A stretch of 64,000 nucleotides of DNA, taken from the NCBI GenBank assembly GCA_900088475.1, contig FLMG01002493.1, positions 55,065 to 119,064 of the forward strand. The letters are read 5' to 3'. The notes under the pieces are model-generated. The model was not told where the DNA came from, searched no databases, and saw only the letters and a list, made by a program, of their open reading frames with translations. The DNA is from Hyphochytrium catenoides (taxonomy: Eukaryota; Protista; Hyphochytriomycota). How positions within the stretch are numbered: position 1 is the stretch's first letter; every line of letters begins with the position of its first letter. The translations under genes and the position numbers were made by a program. This document shows, in pieces, positions 24,414-35,689 of the stretch.

Positions 24414-24780
24414 ATTGAGACCTGGAACCCATGTGACTAAGAATTAGGAAGGAAACAGTGGAAGGACGGCGTCACCTGGGGCAGGTAAGATAGATCGGGA
24501 ATAGTGTTGCAGAGCTTAGGAGCTCTAGCAGTCAACTTTTATTACTGGTATAGCTGTCATCGATCGATGGAGACGGCCTATTTGCTAGTGCCAGTGTCTG
24601 AATAATTGACGGGAGGTGAAGGGCCTCGTGGTGCCTCAGCTCCCTCAACTACGAACCTCATTTAACGATAATTCCTAGCTTCAAACAGTGGTCAATCTGC
24701 ATTTAGTGTCCTTTGTCGGTGGACATACAGCGAGAGAGTAGGAAGATGGAACTGCTGTGAGCAATGGGACGTGAGCGAGT

Positions 24781-26381
24781 TTAGGCTACAACTGCGCTCT
24801 GAGCAGGCTCGTCTTCTGCAAATTTACGACGGCCCAGGTTAAGGCCCTCAATAATGCCATTGGTCACATTCTCCAGGTTTAGCGTGTAGAAGTGAATGCC
24901 TGGAACCTTGCCAGATTCCAGCAATCGGGAACATATTTCGATTCCTGTAAAGAGAACGAAGAAGAGGAGACGAAGAGTTTTAGAGAAGGAGAGGGCGAAG
25001 GCCGCATGCAGGTTGATTGTCAACGCAGATCCTCAGTGGCGGAAGAGAGCAGAATGGGAGCCTTACCGACGCGAATCCCAACTTCCTTTACAGCTTTCTC
25101 GTCATCCTTTACAGCGTCAAGGGCATCCCAGATAGCCTGAGGTACTCGCGACTTGCAAAACGCAGTCATCCTTTTGAACCCTTGGTAACTGGTAACGAGG
25201 CCACCAAGCAGAATGATGGAGAAAATGTGGCAGGAAATGGGGAGCAAGGGGAAGATAAGAGTCTTAGGACGACACGGCCGTTAGAAACAAAGGTGCCCCA
25301 ACTTACGCTTGGATGCACATCAAGCCAGGCACAATTGGACAGGTGATGCCATAGTTGCGGCACTCGTCCACGAAAGCCAAGAAGGTATCTACGTCAAAAA
25401 ACATCTGCGTGACGATGAGTTGCGCGCCGGCGTCCACCTTAGCCTTGAGATACTCCATTTCAGAAGCAAAATCCTGTTGACGGAAGAACAATCAGTGCTG
25501 CATAGTAGGTGTCATAGTCCAGTGACAACAGAGTAGGAGCAGTAGAAGAAGATAAACCTATGGGAAGTGCGTCTGTTTCACCTTGTCGGAGCAAACAAAG
25601 GTCCCTTCTGGCGTGACTACTTTCCGTAGCTCTTCAGACTGAGACAGCTGCTGATCCGGTGCCACCGGCTTGATGTTGCTAGGGTGACCCTCTGGATAAC
25701 CTGTTTGTAGAGGGAGTTGTTAGAGGACGTGCATTGCTAGCAATATCTTCTTCAGCCCGTACCAGCTACACTGACGCAGAAGAAGTCCCCGTACATCTTG
25801 CTTATGTAAGTGACTAAGTCTAGGGCACAAGTGAACCCGCCCTCTACGGCTTCCCAAGCTTCCTGTCCCACTGGAGGGTCACCCCGAAGAGCCAGGATGT
25901 TGCGGATGCCGGCATCCTTGGCTTCCTCGAGAGCCTTGTCTATCAGATTGCGATCCATGTTGGTACTGTCATGACCGGACGTAAGGCCAGCTTAGACAGT
26001 TAAAGACTATATAGATAAACTGTAGAAAGCCTGGGCAAGGGGCCTACCATGTCAGGTGCATGTTAGGGTGAAGACCAAACTTGGAGCTCGCTGACTTCGT
26101 AAGCTCAAGGGTCAGATCCGCCGTAGTACCTCCTGCGCCCCATGTGAAGTCGACGTAGAGCGGTTCTGAGATAGTACAACAGACGACGACGTAAGTAAGA
26201 TTCATAGCAGCTTTCTAACATAAGGTAAAGCATGACACTCACGGTGTTTATTTGCCATCTTCTCTATTCTGGCATAAAGATTTTGAACCCCTTGCTGCGT
26301 CCGAGGAGGAAAGTACTCGAAGGCGATGAAGGGTTCGCCTTCTTCAACTTTTTGGCTGATAAGATCAATAATCTTCACCAT
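24781..26381 (-). CDS. MTHFR: Methylenetetrahydrofolate reductase, catalytic domain only
   Basis: [47 protein letters not shown]...[14 protein letters not shown]; stop TAA at 24781. Confidence 0.96.
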
Positions 26382-27899
26382 CTTTCCCCGCACAAGTTCA
26401 GTCTCTACTTATCCCGATCCGGTAAGCTTCACACAGCCACTTACTTCTTCCTTCTTCTTCGCAGAGCGTGCCTAACCTCGGCGCAGACGGCTCTTGCCGC
26501 TAAGACTCTCTCTCTGCTAGGAAAGGAGAAGAAGGCAAATGAGCTGCGAGTAAAGTTCCACAAAGAACTTCCTTGATGGCCGTCTCTCTTCCTCGTGTCT
26601 CCATCTCCACGTTTCTTCATCGTCTTCACGCCCCTGCCCCCACGTCCAAGAGAAAGAGGGAAGCAGATGAGCTCACGATCCAAAAGTAGCGGCTGGTCTT
26701 CGTGGTATCCATCACACTACTACTACGCCCGCACAGCTTATGGCCCTACTTAGGTTTACATACAACATTATTACTACCGCCTGATCTCCTGTGCTGAACT
26801 TTCCATTCAAAACATGCAGAGCAGTAGTAATGACATGAAGTAAGGGCCCGTTTAAATAGGTAACAGAAGGTAATTGTGGCGATATACCCCTAGTAGTATG
26901 CTAGCAATATGTCGTCCTTGTTACCTTTCGGAATAGGTCTGACAAAGATTCTGAATTCAGCAGGTATTATCAATGACTAGCACGGGAAGGTTGGACAATC
27001 CCCTCACCCCACTTCTGCGGTGCTTTTGCTCTGTACTGTCTCTTCCTGTATGATGACTGATGGCACCAGTGCCGCGGGTGGCGGCGCCGCTGGCCGCTGG
27101 CCGCAACCATCAAGAAGAAGAGGATATCAGACTCTTCAGAACTATCTTAGAGAAAAGTATCAGCTCAAAGGGCTCATAGAACTGCATGATTCTTCTTTTC
27201 ACTTGGATCAGGACAAATAGAAGGTCCCTATGGAAGACCAGAGACTGCTTAGAGTTCACATTGAAGGAAGAAACAACCTATTACTATCTGCCCTTTGCTT
27301 AGCCGTTGGAAGGGCCTACTACTTTTATTGACCAGTTATAAGAATTGAAGGGCCTACTACTCTGCGTCCGTTGTTTACGTGGCCGTCGAGGGAACTCCCA
27401 CCATTGCTAGATTACCTGTCTTCCGCTTATTGGCCGTGCATGGCTCGGCTATTGACCGGGCATGGTTTACGGATTGTTTCGGAGTAAGCGCAAACCTGAA
27501 ATGAGGGCGATGTGCCTCATTGTTCACTTATCCTCCTATATTAGTTCCAGTGTCTTGGGCACGCCGTCAAAAAAAGGACCTTACTTGCTTGATAGACAAG
27601 GTGGAGCGACCAGCTTCTGTTGACCTCACCATACTCAAAATAGGAAAGGAACATGTATTACTCTGAAAGGAAGGAGGTGGGAGTTGCTATGACGTAACAC
27701 CCTCTATAAAACGTAAGGCAGGCCGTACTTTATCTAGGAGTTTGATGGTGTTCTTCTGGCGAGCCCCGGAGCAAAAACTCTTGTTCTGGTGCCCTGGTCT
27801 TAAAAAAAAGCAATTCTCGCGTAGCGCTCGGATGGGTATCCATAATGAGAAGCCAATGACTTCACTGTTCTTCAAAACGGCTAGTAGAAGCCAAGTTAG

Positions 27900-28750
27900 C
27901 AGGCCTGGCCACGACAGAAGGTAGAGCTCCGTGTCAAGAAGAGGTAGATGCAGGCAAGACAGCAGACCAACGGGTAAAGCGGTTAGTTGCTACATAAACA
28001 TTTAGGTTAGGGCACTGAGATGGGCATGTCTAAGAGGTCATAGGCGGCGCCCTCTTATGGCTGTAAGTAGTTGATGCTGACGTTGATCCTCATCAATAAT
28101 AGCCCTTCGGCCTGCGCAGATACGTGCTCGGCAGATACTCACGTACCCTTCCGTTATCGGTGTTGGGCATAGAGATGACGACAATAGCTAGGCGTGTGAT
28201 GATGAGTAAGGATAGTAGGCTTGATCGACAGGGCAACGAAAGGGAACTAGTATTGAACAGATTCTTTACCTCTGAAGAAAATGTTACATAAGTCAGGAGT
28301 AGAACTCTATTGTATCATTTGTCCAGAACAGCAGCCGATCTGATTTGTGATTTCCTTCTACTCTGCCGTTAGTTCGCTCATCATGATGCTTGCCTCGTCT
28401 ACAGGTAGAACTAGTACCTTGAGGTCGATCTTCTCCTTCTCCACTTTGTACCACCTGGCGTATGTCAGCCGTTCTTCCCTCTTCAATAACACGCCAGATG
28501 GGCGTCAGGTGCCGAAGTGCTGAACCATCATACCGCGGACAAGAATAACGATCTGACCTTTTTGCACATTTCGTCTTCTGCACTAGCCGTACATTATTGT
28601 CTACATCTCTGTCATCTGCCCAGTGCAGCACGGGCCAACATACACTCGTGGCTCTTGACCATCGCGAAAGATACGCGCGAAAGGCTCTACGAAGGAAAGG
28701 CAGCAGGAAGATACTAGAAGTGTGGTCATTGGTTGGACAAGCCCGGTACT
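27900..28750 (-). pseudogene. Decayed intron-bearing coding relic, unassigned
   Basis: Protein-like frames with isolated stops (LTYARWYKVEKEKIDLKVLVLPVDEASIMMSELTAE*KEITNQIG) and splice-like signals. Boundaries approximate. Confidence 0.25.
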
Positions 28751-29355
28751 TGCATCTTCTTCACCAGTTGGCTTTCTGTCTCCCCTCTTCCGTCTACTTT
28801 TACTTTTAGCAGATGAGGGCGGTACATTCTACTGAGCAAGCAGATGGATGATGATGAGAGGAGGAGAAGGAGAAGGAGCCAAGAACAAACAGCAGACGAG
28901 CCAGTTCACAAACTGGCTCGATTTAAAGGCGCAATATTCGTTCTCCTGAAATTATTCAATGGTTATGGTAAAGCTGCTCCATAGTAGCTGAGATGGAAAG
29001 CTTCCGAATGTTCGCTCTCACGTATCTTTCCTTCTTTGCGTTGATGTCCAAGCGACACGAAGTCTCTGTTACCTTCTTCGCTTTGTGTCCGCTCTGTAGG
29101 GTCAGTGGTCAGTCAGGCTCCGGTCAGGAGGTCAGGTCATCAGGTCAAAGTCAGGCATCATCAGCAACCAGCGGGTGAAGTGGTGATGATGAAGGAGGCC
29201 ATCGAACTGGGTCTCTGATAACCTCCAAGCTTATAGTCCCATTATAGAGGCCTTTAGTTAGACGGCTCCTTACATAAGGGGAGCCAAGGATTCGATCGGT
29301 CGGACAAACCTCATCTCATAAGGCTGACAGCCAAGGCTGCTTGTTACTCTTCGTT

Positions 29356-31160
29356 ATGTCTTCTCGTTCTTCCTCCGTCCAACATCCTTGTCATGCACCA
29401 AAAGGGCTTGGATGTCTTTGGGTTTGGAGGTATCATCTTTCAACACATAGTACTAAGACTGCACAGATGGCCACTGCTGCTTCTGCTTGCCAGGCTTATC
29501 ATCTGCCTTATCACCCGCCATGACTCGTTCCATAGTGTAGGCCGTCCAGGAAGCTGTCTCAGTGGTGTACTTGCTCAGCACTAAGGCGCACATCAAGACA
29601 CTGCCGTGCTTATTTAGCAATTTCCCTTCACCTCCAAAGGTGTGGAACTGAGTGGCGCGGCCCATCTGACAGTAGTAGGAACCTCCTGCCAACACAAGGA
29701 GGTAAATCCTACTTTTGCTGCTCTCAACCCCAAACATCACGCTAATGGCAGAACCAATCGTAGCCCAAAAATGTGGGCCTGGGGAGCTTGCCGTCTCTGT
29801 AGAAGGCGGTTCGGATATGTGCGGCAAGATCCCTATCTGCAGCGGATCATTCCCGGGTGGATATTGTCCAGAGGCGCAGCCAGCCCTTCCAGAAGGCTCA
29901 CACTGTGGCATTGTTAGAACAGGGGTATACGGCTGTAAACGAGGTCCAGAAAGTGGTACAGACATCACCTTACCTGGGCCGACCTCGCTGCCTAACGACG
30001 ATGTTGGAGGCGTTGGATCAGGCGATGTACCACCAGTAACTCCGGGGACACCGTTGGCACCGGGGCTTCCAGTACTCGTGCCATTTCCAGAGAGTCCAGA
30101 GGGCCAACCAATCACACTAACACCACAGGCTCCAGAACTAGCACCATTTCCAGATGGTCCGCAAGGAAACCCGCCAACAGGACCAGAGCCCAAGCCGTCC
30201 GAGCAAGTTCCACAGCCGCCAGCTTCTTTTCAGCCAGAAAATCCTCCTCCTTATGTCCCTTCTATCCCTACTACCATTTCAGAACCCGTGGGAAACCAAC
30301 CTGCACCAGGCCCAGTTCAAGGGTCATTTGGGCCACCGGCCTCTGTAAACATTATGAACCAACGCTTCGCTGATCTTCTAGTTCAACAGCATTCCATTGC
30401 CCGGGCACAGCACGGACTAGGACCTGTGACCTGGAGCGACGAGGTCGCTTCCCTCGCTCAATCCTTTGCCAACTCTTGCCCAGGTTTTCGCCATGACCAA
30501 AGATCAGATGTGCCGAAGGATTTTGAAAATCTCGCATCTGCTCCTAGCTCTTGCGCCGATGAAGCCAGCTGTAAGAGCGTTAACCCAGTAGCGCTATGGT
30601 ATGCGTCTGAGGAGCCGCTCTGGCTGTATGATCAGAACCGCTGCAAAGGGGACTGGGCGGAGTGCGGTCATTTTAGTAACATGCTCAGCCCAGGAGCCAC
30701 AGTCATTGGGTGTGGAGCTTCCAACTGCGGCTCAGGACAGTCCTATGTTTGGTGCAGATATCGTAGACCAGAGATCAATCCCGTTATTCCGGTGAGAGGT
30801 GGCTGGCTGTGTGACCAACCTGGGGTCTACGCTTGCAGAACACCCAATCCTGTACAGACACAAGGATTCTCAGCCTTCCAAAATCAGGAAGGAAGTGCTA
30901 TTGCGGCAAATACTGACTCAGGAGCTGCCTCAGCCGCTCCGCTGCCCACAACTGTGATCATAATCATTGCTGTTCTGGCTGCTGTGATAGTCTTGGTGGG
31001 TGCTCTCTTCACTGTGCGGCGCCGACGTCAACGCCAAGGTAAGAGTGCAGCAGCGGCACTCGGAAGTTTTGTCATGACTCCAGCCCAGCTCTCGGGCACA
31101 GGAACCCCTGCCACAGAGGTGCCATTTGCTGATGAATCAGGTGCCAAAGTTGGTGCGTGA
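29356..31160 (+). CDS. Single-pass membrane CAP/SCP (PR-1-like) protein with N-terminal oomycete-type Cys-rich module and Pro-rich stalk
   Basis: Main exon 29752-31160: VSVEGG..C..PICSG..CP..GSHC..GVYGC, Pro-rich linker, CAP (QHSIARAQHGL..W, ENLA, WYASEE, GHFSNML, WCRY), TM helix followed by RRRRQR. Intron 29702-29751 is well supported; upstream signal-peptide exons and the start are uncertain. Confidence 0.88.
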
Positions 31161-31882
31161 AAGTTTTCGAGGAAGAGGCTTTTCGTGCTCGTACATAGTA
31201 GTGCATCGACCGATCGTTGTCTGCCTTTTATAAAGTTTATAAAGAGTTTGCTGTAGCTTAGACAAGCTCAGCTCAAGAGCCCACCACGTCCATGTGATTG
31301 CTTGCTTACTATAATGGTTGAAACGTTTAGGCAGTGGCTGTCATTAGTCTGAGGTGCCCTTTCTTCCCAGATATACGTAGGCTCAAGCGGACGTCGTTCA
31401 CCAAGGTCTTTGGTAGGTAAGGTAGTGGATAGCCGCTCTCTTCTATAGCGGGGTAATTGATGGTAGGCACAGGGATCCGACTCCAGTCATCCTTCATAGA
31501 GGAGAAGTAGAATGAGTGAAAGGTGTTTTGCGAGCCCTGAGTGGGCCATGATTTCTATTTTATGTCGCGACTGCCTCCCGCTGTAAGCGGGATGGCCCCA
31601 TCAATAAGCTAGAATATCATCAGCTTCCTCTTCCGGCCACGTTAGGTTCTCAATCGCGGCTGCTTTCTTGGCTCTCTTTGTCAAAGACGTGAGACTAGGA
31701 GCTTTTCAGCAGAGGGATGCGGTAGTGTTGAGCCTTGCGCGGCACGCATATGTAGGCCATAATTCAGATGGAATGAGTATGAGTGGACTTGGTTATAAAT
31801 ATCTTCTATAGCATAAAAAGAAACAAGCAGGTTCTCCTATTAATTGCAAATGGATGACACATAGCCAACGAGCGCTACCCTT

Positions 31883-34699
31883 TTAAAGCGACTGCTGCAT
31901 TATATCACGGGCCTTATCGCCATCCGATTTTGGATAAAGCAAATCGCCGGCGGAGGCGTTGACAGAGCCAATGGGTGTCATTGGCGAAGATTCGTCGTCA
32001 GTTCGACAGTGCTTTCTTCTTGTCAAAGACCGAAACCACCAGGTGAAGGCCAGAGTAGCGATGACTAGGGCGAGACAAGCAAACAGCACCGCTGGGAGAG
32101 GCATCAGCAGATGCGACTCTTCCTGCCCAAGGCTGGCGCCTTGCGGTTCAAACTGACCAGAAGACTCTACCGTGCTATTCGTGTCTGCTGGAAGCGCCGA
32201 GAGCGACCTTCCGAAGGGCCACCATCCTCGGCCCATTCCACCCCCGCCCTGGCCTCCGCCATATCCACCGCCCCCTCCACAACTAAGGCTCTTCGTATTG
32301 CAGTTGTAGGCCCAAGGCTGTCGGCAAATATTTGGATTTGCAGGAGGAGTAAGTTGAGAGCCGCCGCCACCCCGTTCATAGCGGCACCAGATCATCCCAG
32401 GCCACCTACTGCAACGGGCAGCAGCGCAACCGATAGAAATCACATTGGGTTCCAAGAGGTTTCTCCTATGTCCGTCGCTAAAGTACCAGCCTGACACCGG
32501 ACTGAAAGTCTGCATGCATGCCGCTTTTGTCTTGCAGTCAACTGGACAACCAGAATAATGCAGGTTCTCACTAAACCCAGCTAGTCCAGCGTAAATATGC
32601 TCTGGGGGGCACCCATTGGCATGGCCCTGCAGGAATTGAGCGACACCCTGATTCCATTTGACGGGGCCAAGACCATGAAAAGCCCTATGCAGATTGGTTT
32701 GCTCCAGAATGAGCTGTGCCATTGCCTGCGTCATCACGTTGTTTGGCGCCATGGGCGGGAAGGATGTCTGATCTACTCTAGCTGTAGAAGCACTTATTTT
32801 GCCAGACGGGGAAGTATAGGAAGAAGCTGACGCTGGGGCGCTGCCATACCCGTCAGCGCCTGAAGCAGGTCCTGCTGGAGTGATGCTCCTTCCACTTCCC
32901 CGTCCTCCTCCCCCTCCTCCAATCTGATTGATGGCATTCATGACTGGCTGCAAGTACTGGCCCACTCCATGCTGGTTGAGAAGGTTGCCCACCTGCTGGA
33001 GCCCGCCTCCTCTCCCAAGGTTTGACATTGTGTTCACGGCAATGTCAGCAGCTGGGCGCAGGACAGAGTCCACAAGGTTAGCAAGAGGTGAGCCAGCTTG
33101 GTTTTGTCCCATGTTGCCCTTGGATTGCGGGACGGCAGACTGCAAAGCACTTTGGATACCCTTGAGGGCACCTCCACCTATATCAGCATTCCCGGAAGTG
33201 GCTCCGTTTAAAATCTGAGAGATGGCGTTGTCGCCATTGGTGGGAGCGGGTCTCATGTCAAGCGGTGGGGGAACCGGGGCAGGGTTCGTATCCACAACCT
33301 CCGCTGCTGGAGGCGTACTCATGCTTTGCTGTGCAGGTAGTCCTGAATGGGGAGCATCGGTGGATTCGGAGGTATCAGACGGTGGGAGAACTGGGGCTGT
33401 TACTACTGTCATCGGCTCAGTCCCAGAGTCTTGGCTGGAAATCTGGGAACCGTACGAGTCAGAATCCGATTGCACTGGCTCTTCATTTTCGTCCTCGTTG
33501 GATGAACTTGGATATAAGGTTTTCTTGCTTGTGGGGGCCCCGCTATACGAATCGGTTTCTGGCTCCAGACTGTCAACGCCGGTCCCTGCTGTTACACCGG
33601 AAGGCTCGCCGTATTTGTGGCTGTTGCTGTCTGCTCCGGCAGGGCCTGGCGAGATGTCGATCGAAGGAGAATCTACCACTTCTTGTGAGGCAACGCCAAT
33701 GCCGCCTCGACCTTGTGTCTTTGGGCAAGGTGTGACTGGTGCCGAAGGCTGAGGCTCTTTTGCGACTGACCCCTCAGGTAAATCTAGGTCGGGGGGAAGA
33801 GGTAGTGAATTAGAGCTAGTAGTCATATCCTTGTCACAGTCACAGGGTTTGGAAGCGTTCGGTGAAGACGGACTTGAAGGTACTTCTTCACCCTCACCCT
33901 GTGGCGAATATACATCATCAGGAGCGGGGTCAGGAGCGGGTTCAGGAGCTACGACCTCGATAGGAGCTGGTGCTGGGTACGCCGCTGTTGGGTTGTTTTT
34001 GGGCGCAGCCGGTTCGCTATCGACAGGCACTGCGGGCCTATCGGGTAAGTCATAGTTGCTGTCGATAAAGCCATCGATTGGCTGCGTTTGAAGCGGAGTT
34101 GCTGGTTGCACCGTCGCTGCAGCAGGCGTCGGCTCCTTTGCAAATGGATCTTCAGGCTCGTCGCTAATCTGACTTGTGCCGGAGACTGCGCTGTCATCCT
34201 CTACTGCTTCAACATCCGGCAAAATCTCATACTCCGGTAGAGGTTCTTCCTCAACTGGATCTTGTGCTTGTTTGCAGTCTTTCTTGGAACCAGTTGTAGA
34301 GAGAAGCCCTGTCGGTGGCATATGATGGCCGTTCTGGATCTCGGTACTACTTTCCAGCTCGATAGAGTGAGAAGAACTGGATTCTCTCTCTGCTGGTGAG
34401 CTGCTAGGTTTGGGACTAGCGCTGTTATCTTCTTGTGGTGCGGGCAAGGTTGGAGTTTCTGAGGGACCTCCTTTTGATGCCCCCAGGATGCACCCATAGA
34501 CGCCACTAGCAACTAAAGCACAGGAAGAGCCCTCAGCCAAGCCATCATCAGGACCGGGACAGTGTCCTGCATTGGAGTTGCCTACACACACAGGAATTTT
34601 TGCGCACATGTCCTTTCCGCCTTGCACGGAGACTAGAGCCTTGCCTTCGGGGCAAGTAAGACCTGAGAGGAATCGTGACGAGTTCATGTTTTCTACCAT
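31883..34699 (-). CDS. Single-pass membrane CAP/SCP protein, paralogue of the preceding gene, with a long mucin-like S/P/T/E stalk
   Basis: 938-aa open exon with the same Cys-rich GVYGC module, ~550 aa low-complexity stalk, CAP (HRAFHGL, ENL, WYFSDGHRRNLL, WCRY) and TM helix. True start probably on an upstream exon. Confidence 0.88.
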   Translation of the reverse strand: MVENMNSSRFLSGLTCPEGKALVSVQGGKDMCAKIPVCVGNSNAGHCPGPDDGLAEGSSCALVASGVYGCILGASKGGPSETPTLPAPQEDNSASPKPSSSPAERESSSSHSIELESSTEIQNGHHMPPTGLLSTTGSKKDCKQAQDPVEEEPLPEYEILPDVEAVEDDSAVSGTSQISDEPEDPFAKEPTPAAATVQPATPLQTQPIDGFIDSNYDLPDRPAVPVDSEPAAPKNNPTAAYPAPAPIEVVAPEPAPDPAPDDVYSPQGEGEEVPSSPSSPNASKPCDCDKDMTTSSNSLPLPPDLDLPEGSVAKEPQPSAPVTPCPKTQGRGGIGVASQEVVDSPSIDISPGPAGADSNSHKYGEPSGVTAGTGVDSLEPETDSYSGAPTSKKTLYPSSSNEDENEEPVQSDSDSYGSQISSQDSGTEPMTVVTAPVLPPSDTSESTDAPHSGLPAQQSMSTPPAAEVVDTNPAPVPPPLDMRPAPTNGDNAISQILNGATSGNADIGGGALKGIQSALQSAVPQSKGNMGQNQAGSPLANLVDSVLRPAADIAVNTMSNLGRGGGLQQVGNLLNQHGVGQYLQPVMNAINQIGGGGGGRGSGRSITPAGPASGADGYGSAPASASSYTSPSGKISASTARVDQTSFPPMAPNNVMTQAMAQLILEQTNLHRAFHGLGPVKWNQGVAQFLQGHANGCPPEHIYAGLAGFSENLHYSGCPVDCKTKAACMQTFSPVSGWYFSDGHRRNLLEPNVISIGCAAARCSRWPGMIWCRYERGGGGSQLTPPANPNICRQPWAYNCNTKSLSCGGGGGYGGGQGGGGMGRGWWPFGRSLSALPADTNSTVESSGQFEPQGASLGQEESHLLMPLPAVLFACLALVIATLAFTWWFRSLTRRKHCRTDDESSPMTPIGSVNASAGDLLYPKSDGDKARDIMQQSL

Positions 34700-35689
34700 T
34701 CACGCAATTGGTTGAACAACGGGCTGTGATGGCGATAACCTCGCGCGCTGTTATCCTAAGTTAAAGATGGGCGGAGGAGTGTGGCCCAATGCAGGCGGCG
34801 GTGGCGGGTGTAGCCTACCTTGCCTGACCAGTGTTCAAGAGCTGGTGCTTGACGAAGTGACCTGGCTAGAAAACTGGGCACTCCATCACCTCAAAATGGG
34901 ACGCGCCATCGTCGGTCTCCTATCTAGTCAATTCTTGGCGCTATACCGAGGAAAAGAGAGATGGAAAACCAAGTGTTTCTACTCTCTCCCCTTTCTCAAA
35001 TGGTGGCTAGAACCATCCCTCTCGGCAATTACCAAGGTAAAGCAACGGAAATCCAAAGGAAGGTAGAAAGGCTCCCAAGCGTTCTATTTATTAAGTGTCG
35101 GAGAGTTACGGGTGCATGCCTAAGATCGAACAGAGCAACCGAGCTGTAGCATAAGCTCGTGTAAAGGGATCGTCAATCTCTTTAGGGGATATCGAAATAG
35201 TGACAACGCTTTCTTATGAGGCTGGCCAGGGGCAAGCTGGCTAGTTCCTTTAAGCACGGAGATCATTTTTAAAGTAAAAGTCCACTGAATATTTACTGGC
35301 CCATTCCCTATTGCTTTCTTGGGGAACGGTCAACTTCAACAGTAGCAGTATTTCTTATGAAAGTGCTGACCTCGTTGCCTCCTTGTGAGGCCACAAATAG
35401 CGCTTGTTGCTTGAACGAGCCCTTCTCCTCTTACTCTGCCTATTATTGACATAGCTTGCCTGCGCTTCTGCATACGATGTCTACTTGCACGCTACCCATC
35501 CTGCTGCATACTCATTGCCTCTTTTCCCTATTCTTTATGTAGCAAGCAGGTGACCAGATATGTCCAAGAACCTTCCAGGCTCTGCCCCTTCTCTCTTCCC
35601 TCCTCGTGTTTATTACGTCGTCCCCCACTTTCATTTCCCCTTTGCAATCCTCTTTGAAATGTTCCGACGATATAACATGCATGAGAGTG

